64,000 nucleotides of DNA, taken from assembly GCF_963921235.1 (NCBI RefSeq), contig NC_086126.1:16368001-16432000 (forward strand), given 5' to 3'. Positions 50,901 through 63,729 of the stretch are shown piece after piece. A program made the translations under genes and the position numbers. The notes under the pieces are model-generated. The model was given only the letters and a program-made list of their open reading frames with translations, had not been told where the DNA came from and searched no databases. The DNA is from Mobula hypostoma (Eukaryota). Numbering within the stretch: the first letter of the stretch is position 1; the number at the start of each line of letters is the position of its first letter.

Positions 50901-52556
50901 AAAAGGATCTTGATGATTTTAGTGAAGACTTGCAGCGGACTGAAAAGCTTGAGCATGTAGATATTAAAAAAGTGGATGTGCTGGAGCTTTTGGAAAGCAT
51001 CAGGTTGGATAAGTCGCCGGGACAGGATGAGATGTACCCCAGGATACTGCGGGAGGCGAGGGAGGAGATTGCTGAGCCTCTGGCAATGATCTTTGCATCA
51101 TCAATGGGGACAGGAGAGGTTCCGGAGGATTGTGGATGTTGTTCCCTCATTCAAGAAAGGGAGTAGAGATAGCCCAGGAAATTATTGACCAGTGAGTCTT
51201 ACTTCAGTGGTTGGTAAGTTGATGGAGAAGATCCTGACAGGCAGGAGTTATGAACATTTGGAGAGGTATAATGTGATTAGGAATAGTCAGCATGGCTTTG
51301 TCAAAGGCAGGTTGTGCCTTACGAGCCTGATGGAATTTTTTGAGGATGTGACTAAACATATTCATGAAGGGAGAGTAGTAGATGTAGTATATATGGATTT
51401 CAGCAAGGCATTTGATAAGGTACCTCATGCAAGGCTTATTGAGAAAGTAAGGAGGCATGGGATCCAAGGGGACAATGTTTTGCGGATCCAGAACTGGCTT
51501 GCCCACGGAAGGCAAAGAGTGGCTGTAAACGGGTCATATTCTGTATGGAGGTCGGTGAGCAGTGGTGTGCCTCAGGAATCTGTTCTGGGACCCTTACTTT
51601 TTGTGATTTTTATAAATGACCTGGATGAGGAAGTAGAGGGATGGGTTAGTAAGTTTGCTGATGACACAAAGATTGGGGGTGTTGTGAATAGTGTGGAGGG
51701 CTGTCAGAGGTTACAACGGGACATTGATAGGATGCAAAACTGGGCTGAGAAGTGGCAGATGGAGTTCAACCCAGATAAGTGTGAAGTGGTTCACTTTGGT
51801 AGGTCAAATATGATGACAGTATATAGTATTAATGGTAAGACCCTTGGCATTGTAGAGGACCAGAGGGATCTTGGGGTCAGAGTCCATAGGACACTCAAAG
51901 CAGCTGCGCAGGTTGACTCTGTGGTTAAGGTGGCATACGGTGCATTGGCCTTCATCAATCGTGGAATTGAACTGAGGAGCCAAGAGGTAATATTGCAGCT
52001 ATATAGGACCTTGGTCAGACCCACTTGGAGTACTGTGCTCAGTTCTGGTCACCTCACTACAGGAAGGATGTGGAAAGCACAGAAAGGTGCAGAGGAGATT
52101 TATAAGGATGATACCTGGATTGGGGAGCATGCCTTATGAGAATAGGTTGAGTGAACTCGGCCTTTTCTCCTTGGAGCGACGGGGGATGACAGGTGATCTG
52201 ATAGAGGTGTATAAGATGATGAGAGGCATTGACTGTGTCGATAGTCAGAGGCTTTTTCCCAGGGCTCAAATGGCTGCCACAAAAGGGCACAGGTTTAAGG
52301 TGCTTGGGAGTAGGTACAGAGGAGATGTCAGGGTAAGTTTTTTTTACACAGAGAATGGTGAGTGCATGGAATGGGCTGCCAGCAATGGTGGTGGAGGCCG
52401 ATACGATAGGGTCTTTTAAGAGACTTTTGGATAGGTACATAGAGCTTAGAAAAATAGAGGGCTACGGGTAACCGTAGTAATTTCAAAGGTAGCTACATGT
52501 TTGGCACAACTTTGTGGGCCGAAGGGCCTGTATCGTGCTGCAGGTTTTCTATATTT
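47915..52556 (+). mobile_element. Near full-length disrupted CR1 LINE (ORF1 zinc finger/esterase; ORF2 APE-RT)
   Basis: ORF1: CTRCQMW, VVMGDSLVR, VVVHIGT. ORF2: YFNARSIVNK, AITETW, GDFNF, GDSDH, YMDFSKAFDKV, KFADDTK. TTTCTAT tail near 52546. Confidence 0.92.
49791..50502. mobile_element. Solo LTR (probably Gypsy) inserted in CR1 ORF2
   Basis: Ends TGTTAT...CGTAATA (imperfect TG..CA inverted termini). 4-bp TSD GTGT at 49787-49790 and 50503-50506; CR1 resumes after it. Confidence 0.8.
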
Positions 52557-53504
52557 CCTCTCTCCCCAGAGGGAGACTGCAATCTGGAACACACTGCCTG
52601 AGGGGGTGGTGCAGGCTGGTATTTAGGGACCATCTGGATGAGCATTTGAATCACCAGGGCAGGGTAGGAGACAGACCAAGTGCTGAGTTAGTGGGGACAG
52701 ATTCTCGATGGTCAGTATGGACATGCAGAAACCACTGACTGTGAAAGTGCAGTGGGAACCTGAAACACAGAACTTCAGGATGGACTCAGCTAAAACATTC
52801 AGTACCCAGTACGATGGATTTTTGTTCGACAAAGGTATCAATGGCCACATACTGAACCAACCCCCTCAAAAGGTGACCAAAATGCTGCCATTCCCTGTGC
52901 ACCAGTAACAATAGTTTTATATGGGAATTTGGTGAAGTACTCTGGGTGATATTAGGAGAGATGTCAGACACCTTGGTCACAGTGGGAGGGTGCAAATGTC
53001 TTCTCAGAGGATAAGGGGTTCAGTGGAACAAGCTCACAGCTGAGAATGAAGGTGACAAACCCCACTGCAGTGGAGGACTGCTGTGGTCAGGCTTTCATAT
53101 CCCTCTGGGCCTTGCTCACTGAAGCCCCTGTGCATGTGCCTCTAATATTGTTACACAGTTCCCTGTATGTGGCATCACAGGTAGACAGGGTTGTGTGTTC
53201 TACTTGCCTTGTCAGCCAAAGAACTGCCTCTCATTAGAGTTGGACAAAACTGTTTAAAGACAGATTTAAAGGGGATCTGAGGGGTAAATATTTCATACAG
53301 AGAATAGCTGGCATCCGGAATTAACTCCCAAGCTAGAGTCACGTTTATACAGAAAAGAAACAGTCCCTTCGGTACAACTCATCCACGCCGACCAAGTTGT
53401 CGACCTGAACTCGGCCCGTCTGCCTGCATTAGGCCCGTATCCCTCTCAACCTTTCCCATCCATGTGACTGTGCAAATCTGTTTTAAATATTGTACCTGAG
53501 GCAG

Positions 53505-53830
53505 AGAGCCGGTGCAGTGAGGCGCTGACAGACACTCACTGTTCCGCGGGCAGGAAGAGGAGAGGCGGATCCCACAGCGGAGCCGAAACCCCAACAAGTG
53601 GAGACCGGCTCCACCATCTCGGACTTCCCGCACTGGACCGTTTCCAAGGAAACGACGTCGCTGAAGGTGGGGCTTTGTGACGTTAAACAATCACATGGCG
53701 TCAGGTGACAGTGACCCGCAGCCGGGGAGGCGGGGCAGAGGGAGCTGTCAATCAGCAGAGCGGCTGAACAACTTGCGACCATTGTAAACAGAATGGGGAG
53801 AGTGGGAGATTTCCAGGGACGTGACCCACT
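53505..53830 (-). promoter_or_regulatory. CpG-rich putative promoter and first exon of an unidentified gene
   Basis: CpG-dense non-repeat segment with GC box, CRE-like TGACGT, ETS-like GGAAGT next to GAGATGG, and minus-strand donor ACA|GTGAGT at 53539-53534. Confidence 0.4.
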
Positions 53831-54059
53831 CCCCCATTCCCTGGAATTTGAGTGTGTTATACACAGTAATATTCATGTTATAATTTGGCTCTTCGATCTG
53901 ATAAACATGCAATGTTTGTATTTTGTATATTTTTCTGTGGATAATCTTTTATAATTTGGGATGAAAGATGTTGGAACTGGATCACTGGAAAAAAACGTTA
54001 CGGAAAAATATTGTCAAAGCCAAAATATTAATCCAAAGTAAGTTGTTATCACACTGCGC

Positions 54060-56340
54060 ATATGTCACCATATAGTTCAAAGATCAAATTAAAATTTATT
54101 CTCACAATCCATACGTGTCACCACAGATACCCAGAGATTCTTTTTCAGCGGGCATTCTTAGCAAATCTATAGAACGAGTAACTGTGAACTGTAAATATGA
54201 GGAACTATAAACTGTAAAAAAAAGTAAATGCAGAAAAATGAATAGCAATAAATAACAAGCATGAAATAACGATATAACAGTCCTGACATGAGTGTAGCTA
54301 TCCCCTTTTGTTCAGGACACTGATGTTTGAGGGGTAGTAACTGTTCTTGAACCTGGTGGTGCGAGTCCCGAGGTACCTGTACCTTCTACCTGATGGCAGC
54401 AGTGAGAAAACAGCATTGCCTGGGTGGTGAGGATCTTTGCTGATGGACACTGCTTTCCTACGGCAATGTTTCATGTAGATGTGCTCAGTGGTTGTGAGTG
54501 TTTTACCCGTGATATACCGGGCCGAATCCACTACCTTTTGTAGGATTTTCCACTCAAAGGCATTGGTGTTCCTATACCAGGCTGTAATGCAGCCAGTCAG
54601 CACACGTTCTGCCACACATTTATAGAAGTTTGCCAAAGTATTCGATGACTGGCTGAATCTCTGAGAGTCCTGAGGAAGTAAAGGCACAGTCGGGCCTTCT
54701 TCACAATAATATTTATATGATGGGTTCAGAACAGGTCCTCAGAGAGTGACAAACAGAAATTCAAAGTTACTGACCCTTTCCGCCTCTAATCGTCCTTTGA
54801 TTACTGGCTCATGGACCTCTGGGTTTCCCCTCCTAAAGTCACAATCAGTCCCTTGGTCTCATCCACATTGAGTGAGAGGTTGTTGATATTACACAACTCA
54901 GCGAAGTTTTCAGAGTCCCTCCTGTATGCCGATTAATCACCCCCTTTGAAACAGCCCACAACAGTGGTGTCATCAGTAAACTTGTAAATGGTGTTGGAAG
55001 TGTACTTGGCCACACAGTCGTACTGTCGGTGTAAAGTGAGTGGGGGGGGGGGTGCGGGGAGCTAAGCACACTTCCCGGTGGGACTCCTGTGCTGTGGAGG
55101 AGATGTTTCTTGTCAATCCGAACTGACTGGGTTTTGCAACTGAGGAAATCCAGGATCCAATTGCACAAGGGGGTATTCAGGCCCAGGACTGGGAGTTTAC
55201 TGATTATTTTTGAGGGGATGATGGTGTTAAGTGCTGAGCTGTATTCAATAAAGGGCATCCAGATGTTTGCACCTTTGCTGTCCAGATGTTCCAGAGTTGT
55301 GTGAAGTGACAACGAGACAGCATCTGCTGTTGCTTCGGTAGGTGAATTGGAGAGGATCCAAGTCACCATTCAGACAAGAGCTGATATGCTTCAACACCAG
55401 CCTCTCAAAACACTTCATCACTGTGGATGTAAGTGCCACTTGGTAATAGTCATTCAGACAGGTTACCATGCTGCTCTTGGGCACCGATATGATTGAAGCT
55501 TCCTTGAAGTAGGTAGGTACCACACACTGCCAGATCGAGAGGTTGAGGATATCCGTGAATACATCAGCCAGCTGGTCAGCACAGGTCTTCAGTACTCGGC
55601 CAGGTACTCCATCCAGACCGGATGCTTTCCTTGGATTCACTCTCTTGAAGGCAGCCTGCACATCATCTTCAGATACTGAGACCAAATGATCATCGGGAGA
55701 CACGGGGCTGGGCGATGGTTCCTCCTCTTCTGGTTGCCAAAGGGAGCATAGAAGGCATTGAGCTCGGCTGGAAGCGAAGCTCTGCTGTCCCGTTTGTCAC
55801 AAGATTTACCTTTGCAGGAGGTTCTGGCATTCAAACCCTGCCACAGCTCTTGAGCATCCGTCTTTTATTCCAGTCTACTCTGGAATCTCCACATTGCCCA
55901 AAAGACGGCTTTTTGGAGATCATATCTGCTCCTCTTGTAGCATTCCTGATCTCCAGACTTGAATGCCTCTAATCTGGTGCTCAGCAGGTTCCGGATCTCA
56001 GTGCTTATCCAGAGTTTCTGATTTGGGAAAACCCTGAGTGATTTTCTGGGGACACACAACTCCACATCTGTTTTAGTAAAGTCCCTAGTGACCCTGGTGT
56101 CATCCTTCCGGTCCTGAGATGAGTTCTTGAACATGGCTCCGCCTGCTGACTCAAAGGCAATCCTGTAACCGTTCCTCTGCCTCCCAACACCACCCCTCGG
56201 TTATCTGGATATCAGGAGCCTTGTTGCTTAGGCTCTGTCTGTATGCAGGTAGCAGGAGTACAGTCAAATGATCTGACTTAACAACAACAGGCATTCCATA
56301 TCGTGGTGTAGCAGTAGCCTAGTGTGTTGGGACCTCTGAT
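54060..56340 (-). mobile_element. Rex1/Babar LINE (decayed ORF2 and 3' UTR)
   Basis: RVFPNQKLWI, VNPRKASGLDGVPG, ALTSTVMKCFERL, KDPHHPGNAVFSLLPSGRRYR. Confidence 0.88.
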
Positions 56341-56439
56341 GCAAAAGGTTACTACTTCAGATTCATTTTCTTTCAGATATCAACAGGAAAATAAATACAA
56401 TGGAATTGATGAAAACTACAGACAGCAAAGACTGACAGA

Positions 56440-56970
56440 CAACTCATGTGCAAAAGAAGACAAATAGTGGAATATCCTCCTCTTCATTATTAATTACATT
56501 GTCCATAGATTCAGTAATTAGTCTAATTAACGTTCGCCTTATGGTAACATGTTCACATGGGATCTTAGCTTCCACACACACCTCTTTGAGCTGATTCAGT
56601 TGCAAAAGCCATAGGCTCTGAGACAAGGTCTCTGCCAACTCCTCCAGATCCTTTATGTGTGAAGCATCCGCGCCCCCGAAGCTGCGCGCTCCCGCTGTCC
56701 ATCAAACGCGATCCGTGTCCTCGTTGTTGCCACACTGAGCGACGTTAATTGTCCCGGGTTCCGGGACCAAATATTTGTTGCACACAAAAGGGACTCCCAG
56801 GCGTGCAGAAGTTTAAAATAGCGTCTTTATTTTCCTTTCTGGAAACACCGGGACACAGCGCATCGGCTTTCCACGCACGCTGCCGGGCCGTCTCCGTCCA
56901 CTCCATCACATCTCCGGGACCCCTCAGCTGCCCCAACTGCCTGGATCAGCTTTGCCCCTTGTAACCATCA
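56440..56970 (-). mobile_element. Possible Gypsy gag 5' fragment
   Basis: CpG-rich leader and helical peptide LSQSLWLLQLNQLKEVC..RRTLIRLI. Recalled resemblance only. Confidence 0.35.
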
Positions 56971-57346
56971 ACCAACCCACTGAACATTAATCAAATTGTG
57001 AATGAACCAAATAACAAAACCAAATCACTAAAAATAATATGAACATAATATAAGAAAATTAGGGGGGTATCCAGTGTCCATTAATATGCTCCGCATTACT
57101 ATGGGTCCCACATTGGCATGGGGACCCTCCCAAAAGCCAAACCACAAGGGTCTTGCCTCCAGCCAGCATCACTCTCCGGGTTATTGAGGCGGGTTTCAGA
57201 CATCCCACCTCTCCCGGAAGATCCGGGAGTCTCCCGCATATCGATAGTGGCTCCCTGACGCCCCGGAATTATATACAATATCCCGGAAATCGATTTTTTT
57301 TTGAGAGGGAGAGCGAGCATCCTGATTGGTCTCTCTTCGTGCTAAG

Positions 57347-58031
57347 AGTGGTCTCCAACCACCGGGCCGTGAGGAAACAATATGATTTGGCGATATGAAA
57401 TGATATGAGTCAGCTGCACCTTTCCTCATTCCCTGTCACGCACTGTTGAGCTTGAGTGCACGCGAGGTCATTACGCGCGCCTCATCCATGTCAGCGCGGG
57501 AAAAAGATCAACTCCTGGAGCTTGTAAGTGACGGCGGGCTGAAAAGTATGTTTGACATAACATCTCTGCCGGCTTTCTGGATGAAAGGCAAGGCTAAATA
57601 TCCTGAGATAGCCACGAAAGCACTGAAAACGTTGCGTCCATTTCCAACATCATATCGCTGCAAAGCGGAGTTTCCTGCAATAAATGCAACGAAAACTAAA
57701 TTGCGGAATAGACTGGACATAAGGAACCCCCTTCAAGTATCGCTGTCTCCCATCATGCCTCGATGGGACCGTCTTGTTGCAGGAAAACAAGCCCAGGGCT
57801 CCCACTGATTCAGCGATATTGGTGTGTTGCAATGATTTTATATGTTTACACGTGGAGAATATGCGCTGTGTGTTTAATATCCAAACGTTACTTAAAATGT
57901 TAGGATGCTATTGACTTATCACCTATATTCCGGTCGTGATTAACACCCCCACCCCTCCCCGGTCGGCTGGTCCGCAAGAATATTGTCAATATTGAACCGG
58001 TCTGCGGTGCAAAAAATGTTGGGGACTGCTG
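57347..58031 (+). mobile_element. hAT Buster/Charlie deletion derivative with transposase C-terminal dimerisation domain
   Basis: Ends AGTGGTCTCCAACC / GTTGGGGACTGCTG. ORF 57446..57808: FW..YPEIATKALK..PFPTSY..KTKLRNRL..KQAQGSH*. Confidence 0.85.
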
Positions 58032-58059
58032 CTAAGTAGACCTATCAGTTTTCTCTGTG

Positions 58060-58180
58060 AACAACAGGAATTCTGCAGATGCTGGAAATTCAAGCAACAT
58101 ACATCAAAGTTGCTGGTGAACGCAGCAGGCCAAGCAGCATCTATAGGAAGAGGCGCAGTCGACGTTTCAGGCCGAGACCC
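58060..58180 (-). mobile_element. 121-bp Penelope terminal insertion with 10-bp TSD
   Basis: TSD TTTCTCTGTG at 58050-58059 and 58181-58190. 5' end is in hammerhead stem II. Confidence 0.9.
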
Positions 58181-58499
58181 TTTCTCTGTGGTCGGGCTTT
58201 ACAGTCGACCTCAAAAATAATGACAGTGTTGCTCGCTGCACTGTTTGCAACAGTGACCTTTCTATTGCCCATGGTGGGTTAAAATGGAAAAGACATGTTG
58301 AGGTGAGTTTAACAGCTGTCATTACAGCATAGCTAACGTTATTTAAACTAGCTGGTTAGCTGCTAAGGAGCTACGCTATTGATGTCCTACGTGATGAGGC
58401 CAAACTCCCTGTAGACTTGCTTAAAGTTGTAATAGAATAAACATGATAATATAATATAATATAATATAAGCACATATTTTACTTATGCATTTGCTGCAT

Positions 58500-59385
58500 A
58501 TAGTCACAGTCATACTTAATTGATCCCGGGAGAAATTGGTTTTCGTTACAGCTGCACCATGAATAATAAATAGTAATAAAACAATGAATAGTTAAAGAGT
58601 AATATGTAAATTATGCCAGGAAATAAGTCCAGGATCAGCCTATTGGCTCAGAGTGTCTGACCCTCCAAGGGAGGAGTTATAAAGTTTGATGGCCACAGGC
58701 AGGAATGACTTCCTATGACGCTCTGTGTTGCATCTCGGTGGAATGAGTCTCTGGCTGAATGTACTCCTGTGCCCAACCAGTACATTATGTAGTGGATGGG
58801 AGACACTGTCCAAGATGGCATGCAACTTGGACAGCATCCTCTTTTCAGACACCATCGTCAGAGAGTCCAGTTCCATCCCCACACACACTGGCCTTACGAA
58901 TGAGTTTGTTGATTCTGTTGGTGTCTGCTACCCTCAGCCTGCTGCCCCAGCACACAACAACAAACATGATAGCACTGGCTACCACAGACTCATAGAACAT
59001 CCCCAGCATCTTCCGGCAGATGTTAAAGGACCTCAGTCTCCTCAGGAAATAGAGATGGTTCTGACCCTTCTTGCAGGCAACCTCAGTGTTCTTTGATCAG
59101 TCCAGTTTATTGTCAATTCGTATCCCCAGGTATTTGTAAACCTCTACCATGTCCACACTGACTCCCCTGGATGGAAACAGGGGTCACCAGTGCTTTAGCC
59201 CTCCTCAGGTCTACTACCAGCTCCTTAGTCTTTTTCACATTAAGCTGCAGATAATTCTGCTCACACCATGTGACAAAGTTTCCTACCATAGCCCTGTACT
59301 CAGTCTCATCTCCTTTGCTGATGCATCCAACTATGGCAGAGTCATCAGAAAACTTCTGAAGATGACAAGACTCTGTGCAGCAGTA
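58500..59385 (-). mobile_element. Rex1/Babar 3' fragment
   Basis: KLHAILDSVSHPLH..RKSFLPVAIKLYN (58640..58888). Confidence 0.8.
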
Positions 59386-60744
59386 TACCCAACTTGGTTT
59401 ACAGATTAGACAAAATCATGAAACAAAGTATTACATACACACTTGGAGGTCGACGGGCCGCGGGGGGTGGGGGGGGAATATGGTGTTGCAGGGGGCGGGG
59501 GTGCTACCTCCCTGAAATGGTGCTGATACCTCCCTGAAATTAGTTTTTGCAGGGTGGGGTGTCTGAGGTTTGCTGCAGGAAATGATCTCCGATTTTGCCA
59601 GGTTTGCTGCAGGAAATGATCTCCCATTTGTGCTGCTTCATTCAAGCAGGGAAGCTGAAGGCGCCAGTCTGCACTGAGGTTCGATTTCAGTACTGTCAAG
59701 TGGCCTTCAAAGCTGCTACCACACCATTTACATCAAGCAAACAGATTCTAATCATGTGATGTCATTTTGTTAATTTGTAAATAATATAGATAGATTTAGA
59801 AATCAGATAGTTTCAGAAAGAACACAAAGGGTAGTTTATTTTCAGCTTTATTCCATCCAGTCTGAAATATAAACTTTTTACCATATCTGTAAGAATGGGA
59901 AATTGACTGGATCTGTACAATGAAAGCCTTACTTTGTGTCATGTCAGTTGTGTCACTTTCTTTCTCCCTGTTTGCTTTATCTTGTCAGCAGAGTGAGATA
60001 CAAATCAAATCAAGTTTAATTATCATTCAGCCATAATAGATACGGCGAATGAGTCAGCGTCCCTCGGGGGCCACGGTGCAGAGCAAACAAAATAGTGCAT
60101 TCAAAAAAGCGAGTAGAGAAGCCTCTTCACGTGGGATAAGAACCTATATGTAGTCCAAAACCCTCAGTGACCTGTCCTGCAATCGATGGTACAATCTCCT
60201 GGCAGTGCGCAGACACGTGCAGTCCAGACTGTTGTTCCACCACTTGAACAGGAGAGGGCAGCACCAACAGGAGAGGCCAGCCCCCTGCTGAGCGCGGATG
60301 CCACGTTGCACCGCCTCCAGCGTTCCCTCACCTGGCCTGCAGCTGCAGGCAAGCCCGCGGCTCGAGGACTCGTCCCCGCTACAATCGAGGCTACGTGGCT
60401 TCTACAATCGCATCACCAGACAAGTGTAACAGGCCTGCGGCAACTTACACTATCACTGTGCAAAAGAGTCTTGTGATTACGAGTGAAATAACCAAAATCG
60501 CGAGTGAAATAACCATGACAATCTACCACGGTTATACAGCACGCTGCCTTCACGTACCAACTCCGATGCCTCTGAGTGGCAGGCAGCAACACAGTCTCAA
60601 CTCAAGCTCTGTATAAATTTTGGGTTTATTATGTACATAAATAGAAGCAAGAGTTAGGCCATTCAGCTCTGTGGGCCTTCTCTGTAACTCAGAATTTGTT
60701 GATCTCTTTCTAATCTATTCACAAGTCTTGCATCCCTTGATTTC

Positions 60745-61050
60745 TTTCAAAGTTCAAAGTAAATTTTATTATCAAACTACATGCATATCACCATATACAA
60801 CCCTGAGATTCACTTTCCATTGGGCATACTCAGCAAATCTATAGAATAGTAACTATAACAGGATCAATGAAAGATCAACTAGAGTGCAGAAGACAACAAA
60901 CTCTGCAAATACAGATATAAATAAATAGCAATAAATAACAAGAGCATGAGATAAAGAGTCCTTAAGGTGAGGTCATTGGTTGTGGGAACATTTCAATGAT
61001 GGGGCAAGTGAGTGTAGTTATCCTCTTTTATTCAAGAGCCTGATGTTGAG
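60745..61050 (-). mobile_element. Rex1/Babar 3' UTR fragment
   Basis: Matches 54075-54330. Confidence 0.6.
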
Positions 61051-61239
61051 CTTTCATTGTAATAATAATAATATGTAGTTTATTGATCCCTAGTAGGGAA
61101 TTCTTTCATTACAGCAGCAACATTTAAAGACACATTTAGCATTGTGCAGACTTAACTAATAATAAAGTACAGAATAATAATATGAACAATAATTTACCAA
61201 TGTGCAATAATTTGCAATAATAATGTGTAATGATTATGT

Positions 61240-61325
61240 ATTGAGTTGCTGCCACTTGATTGGCTGCTGAGGATATTTGCATTAATGAGTAGGTGTACCT
61301 AATAAAGAGGCCAATGTGTGTATAT
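61240..61325. mobile_element. Tc1-type MITE end
   Basis: AGGTGTACCTAATAAAGAGGCCAATGTGTG-TA resembles a Tc1 terminal inverted repeat followed by TA. Confidence 0.5.
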
Positions 61326-61523
61326 AGTCCAACATGAGAAACATCATTCCCTTGTGCCCGTTTCAAAGCTCCACTAATAAACAACCTGTTGAACTCAGCT
61401 GCAATATGCAAGCATATCTTTGCTCAGTTAGGAAGACCAGACACATGCATGATATTCCAGATGCGATCTCAGCAGAAAACATAAATTTTCAAACTCGCTG
61501 TTTTTAAAAAAAATACTTCTGTT

Positions 61524-62900
61524 AGGGTCTTGGCCTGAAACGTCAACTGCACCTTTTCCTAGAGATGCAAACACAAGGAATTCTGCAGATGCTGGAAATT
61601 CAAGCAACACACATCAAAGTTGCTGGTGAACGCAGCAGGCCAGGCAGCATCTGTAGGAAGAGGTACAGTCTGCAGGAAGTGCCGGGAGCCAAAGGAGAAA
61701 TTATTAAGAACAAGGACTAATTCTGCTAGACGGAGCAGAGTGGTGGTAGAGGGGAACTGATTAGGTCTGGAATCCAAAAAGAAGCGGAGAGCTTTGAGAC
61801 CTTCCTGATGGGGGATGGAAGTATATAGGGACTGGACATCCATGGTGAAAATGAAGTGGTGGGGGCTGAGGAACTTAAGATCATCGAAAAGTATCAGAGC
61901 GTGAGAAGCGTCACAAACATAGGTAGGAAGGGATTGAACAAGGGGGGATAAACCGTGTCGAGGTATGCAGAAACGAGTTCTGTGGTGCAGGAGCAAGCTG
62001 AGACAATAGGTCTGCCAGGACAGGCAGGTTTGTGGATCTTGGGTAGGAGGTAGAAACGGGAAGTGCGGGGTGTGGGAACTATAAGGTTGGTGGCAGTGGA
62101 TGGGAGATCTCCTGAGCAGATAAAGTCGGTGATGGTGTGGGAGACAATGGCCTGGTGCTCCTTAGTGGGGTCACGATTGTGGGGTAAATAAGGGGAGGTA
62201 TCCGCGAGTTATCGCTGAGCCTCTGCATGGTAGAGGTCAGTACGCCAGACTACAACAGCACCCCCCTTATCGGCGTGTTTTATAGTTAGGTTAGGATTAG
62301 TGTGGAGGGAGTGGGAGCAGAGCGTTCGGAAGGAGTAAGGTTGGAATGGGAACAAGGTGCCGTGAAGTCGAGACGGTTGATGTCCTGTCAGCAGTTAGCA
62401 ATAAAGAGATCCAGAGCAGGCAGAAAACCAGTGCGGGGTGTCCATGAAGAGGAGGAGGGTTGAAGACGGGAGAGGGTGTCATCAGTGAGGGTGGAAGAGT
62501 CCTTGCTGAAGAAGTAGGCTCGGAGATGGAGACGGCGGAAGAAGAGTTCTGCATCATGGCGAACGCGGAACTCGCTGAGGTGTGGGCGAAGGGGGACAAA
62601 GATGAGGCCCTTACTGAGGATAGAGCGTTCTACCTCAGACAGTTGAAAGTCAGAGGGGATGGTAAAGACCCGGCACGGATGAGAGCTGGGATCAGAGCGG
62701 GGAGGGGGAGGCTGGGGGTGTCAGTGGAGAGGGGAGGGTTGGGGTGAGAGGAAGATGGAGCCTCTGAGGGCCCAGGAGCTGACGGTGGGATCTGAGGGAG
62801 ACGGGGTTGCAGAGTGGCGGTGGGGGAAAGGGAGACGGGAGTCACAGTAGCAGCACAAAAAGACCCGGCCTGGAGTTCAAGGCTGGAGTCGCAGTTGGTG
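61524..62900 (-). mobile_element. Second Penelope copy: 5'-truncated, internally deleted, with inverted terminal fragment
   Basis: 62900-61671 is homologous to ~38214-39445, then jumps to the 3' terminus (61670-61569). 61524-61568 is an inverted hammerhead-region fragment. Confidence 0.9.
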
Positions 62901-63159
62901 CACTTTGGACCTTAGCTCCAGCTGTAATCTACCCATGTTTCTGACCATTGGCGTTCTTGACCTGGACCACAGCTCCACCGAATACTTAGCCTACTCCCCG
63001 GTTCCGTCTGTACACCCTGCTTATATTTGAGACGATATCTCAAACTCCAGACAAATGAGTAAGCCAGATGCTGTAAATGGGAATTTTGCAGACCCATGAG
63101 AGGCAAGCATTTCATCCATGCCTATTTCAATAAAATCTTTAAATTGAAGGGGGTCTTAG

Positions 63160-63640
63160 AGGCACAGAATAGGCCCTTTGGCCCATCTAATCCATGTCGA
63201 ACCGTTTGAACTACCTACTCCATCAAACTGTACTGGGACCATAGCCCTGCATACCCCTACCACCCATGTACCTATCCAAACTTCTCTTAAATGTTGAAAT
63301 CGAGCTCACATGCACCACTTGCACTGGCAGCTCATTCCACACACTCACAACCCTCTGAGTCAAGATGTTTCCCCTTATGTTCCCCTTAAACTTTTCACCT
63401 TTCACCCTTAAACCATGACCTCTAGTTGTAGTCCCATCCAACCTCTGTGGAAAAAGCCTGCTTACATTTATCCAATCTACACCCCTCATAATTTTGTATA
63501 CCTCTATCAAATCTCCTCTCAGTCTTCTACGTTCTAAGGAATAAAGTCCTCACCTGTTCAATCTTTCCTTATAACTCAGGTCTTTCAGTTCTGGCAACAT
63601 CTTTGTAAATCTTTTTCTGTACTCTTTCAATCTTATTTGC
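63160..63640 (-). mobile_element. CR1 3' fragment
   Basis: IEVYKIMRG..TRGHGLRVKG..TQRVVSVWNELP (63223..63510). Confidence 0.85.
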
Positions 63641-63729
63641 GAACTTTGTAGATTAAATTTCACCATACAAAAACCGGCAATGGGTAGTATTTTATTGATT
63701 TTAAAATTTGAAGTTACAGGGGTTGAAGG

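Larger units (their letters stand above)
57197..59565. mobile_element. Non-autonomous DNA transposon (hAT-like) hosting nested insertions
   Basis: TIRs CAGACATCCCACC (57197) and GGTGGGGTGTCTG (to 59565); subterminal TCCCG/TCCCTG motifs. Confidence 0.65.

Noticed and set aside
57446-57808. Domesticated ZBED5/SCAND3-like gene
   Set aside because: Only the C-terminal dimerisation fragment, bounded by TIRs; a non-autonomous transposon.
59566-59624. 25-bp direct repeat (period 34)
   Set aside because: Small local duplication with no further structure.
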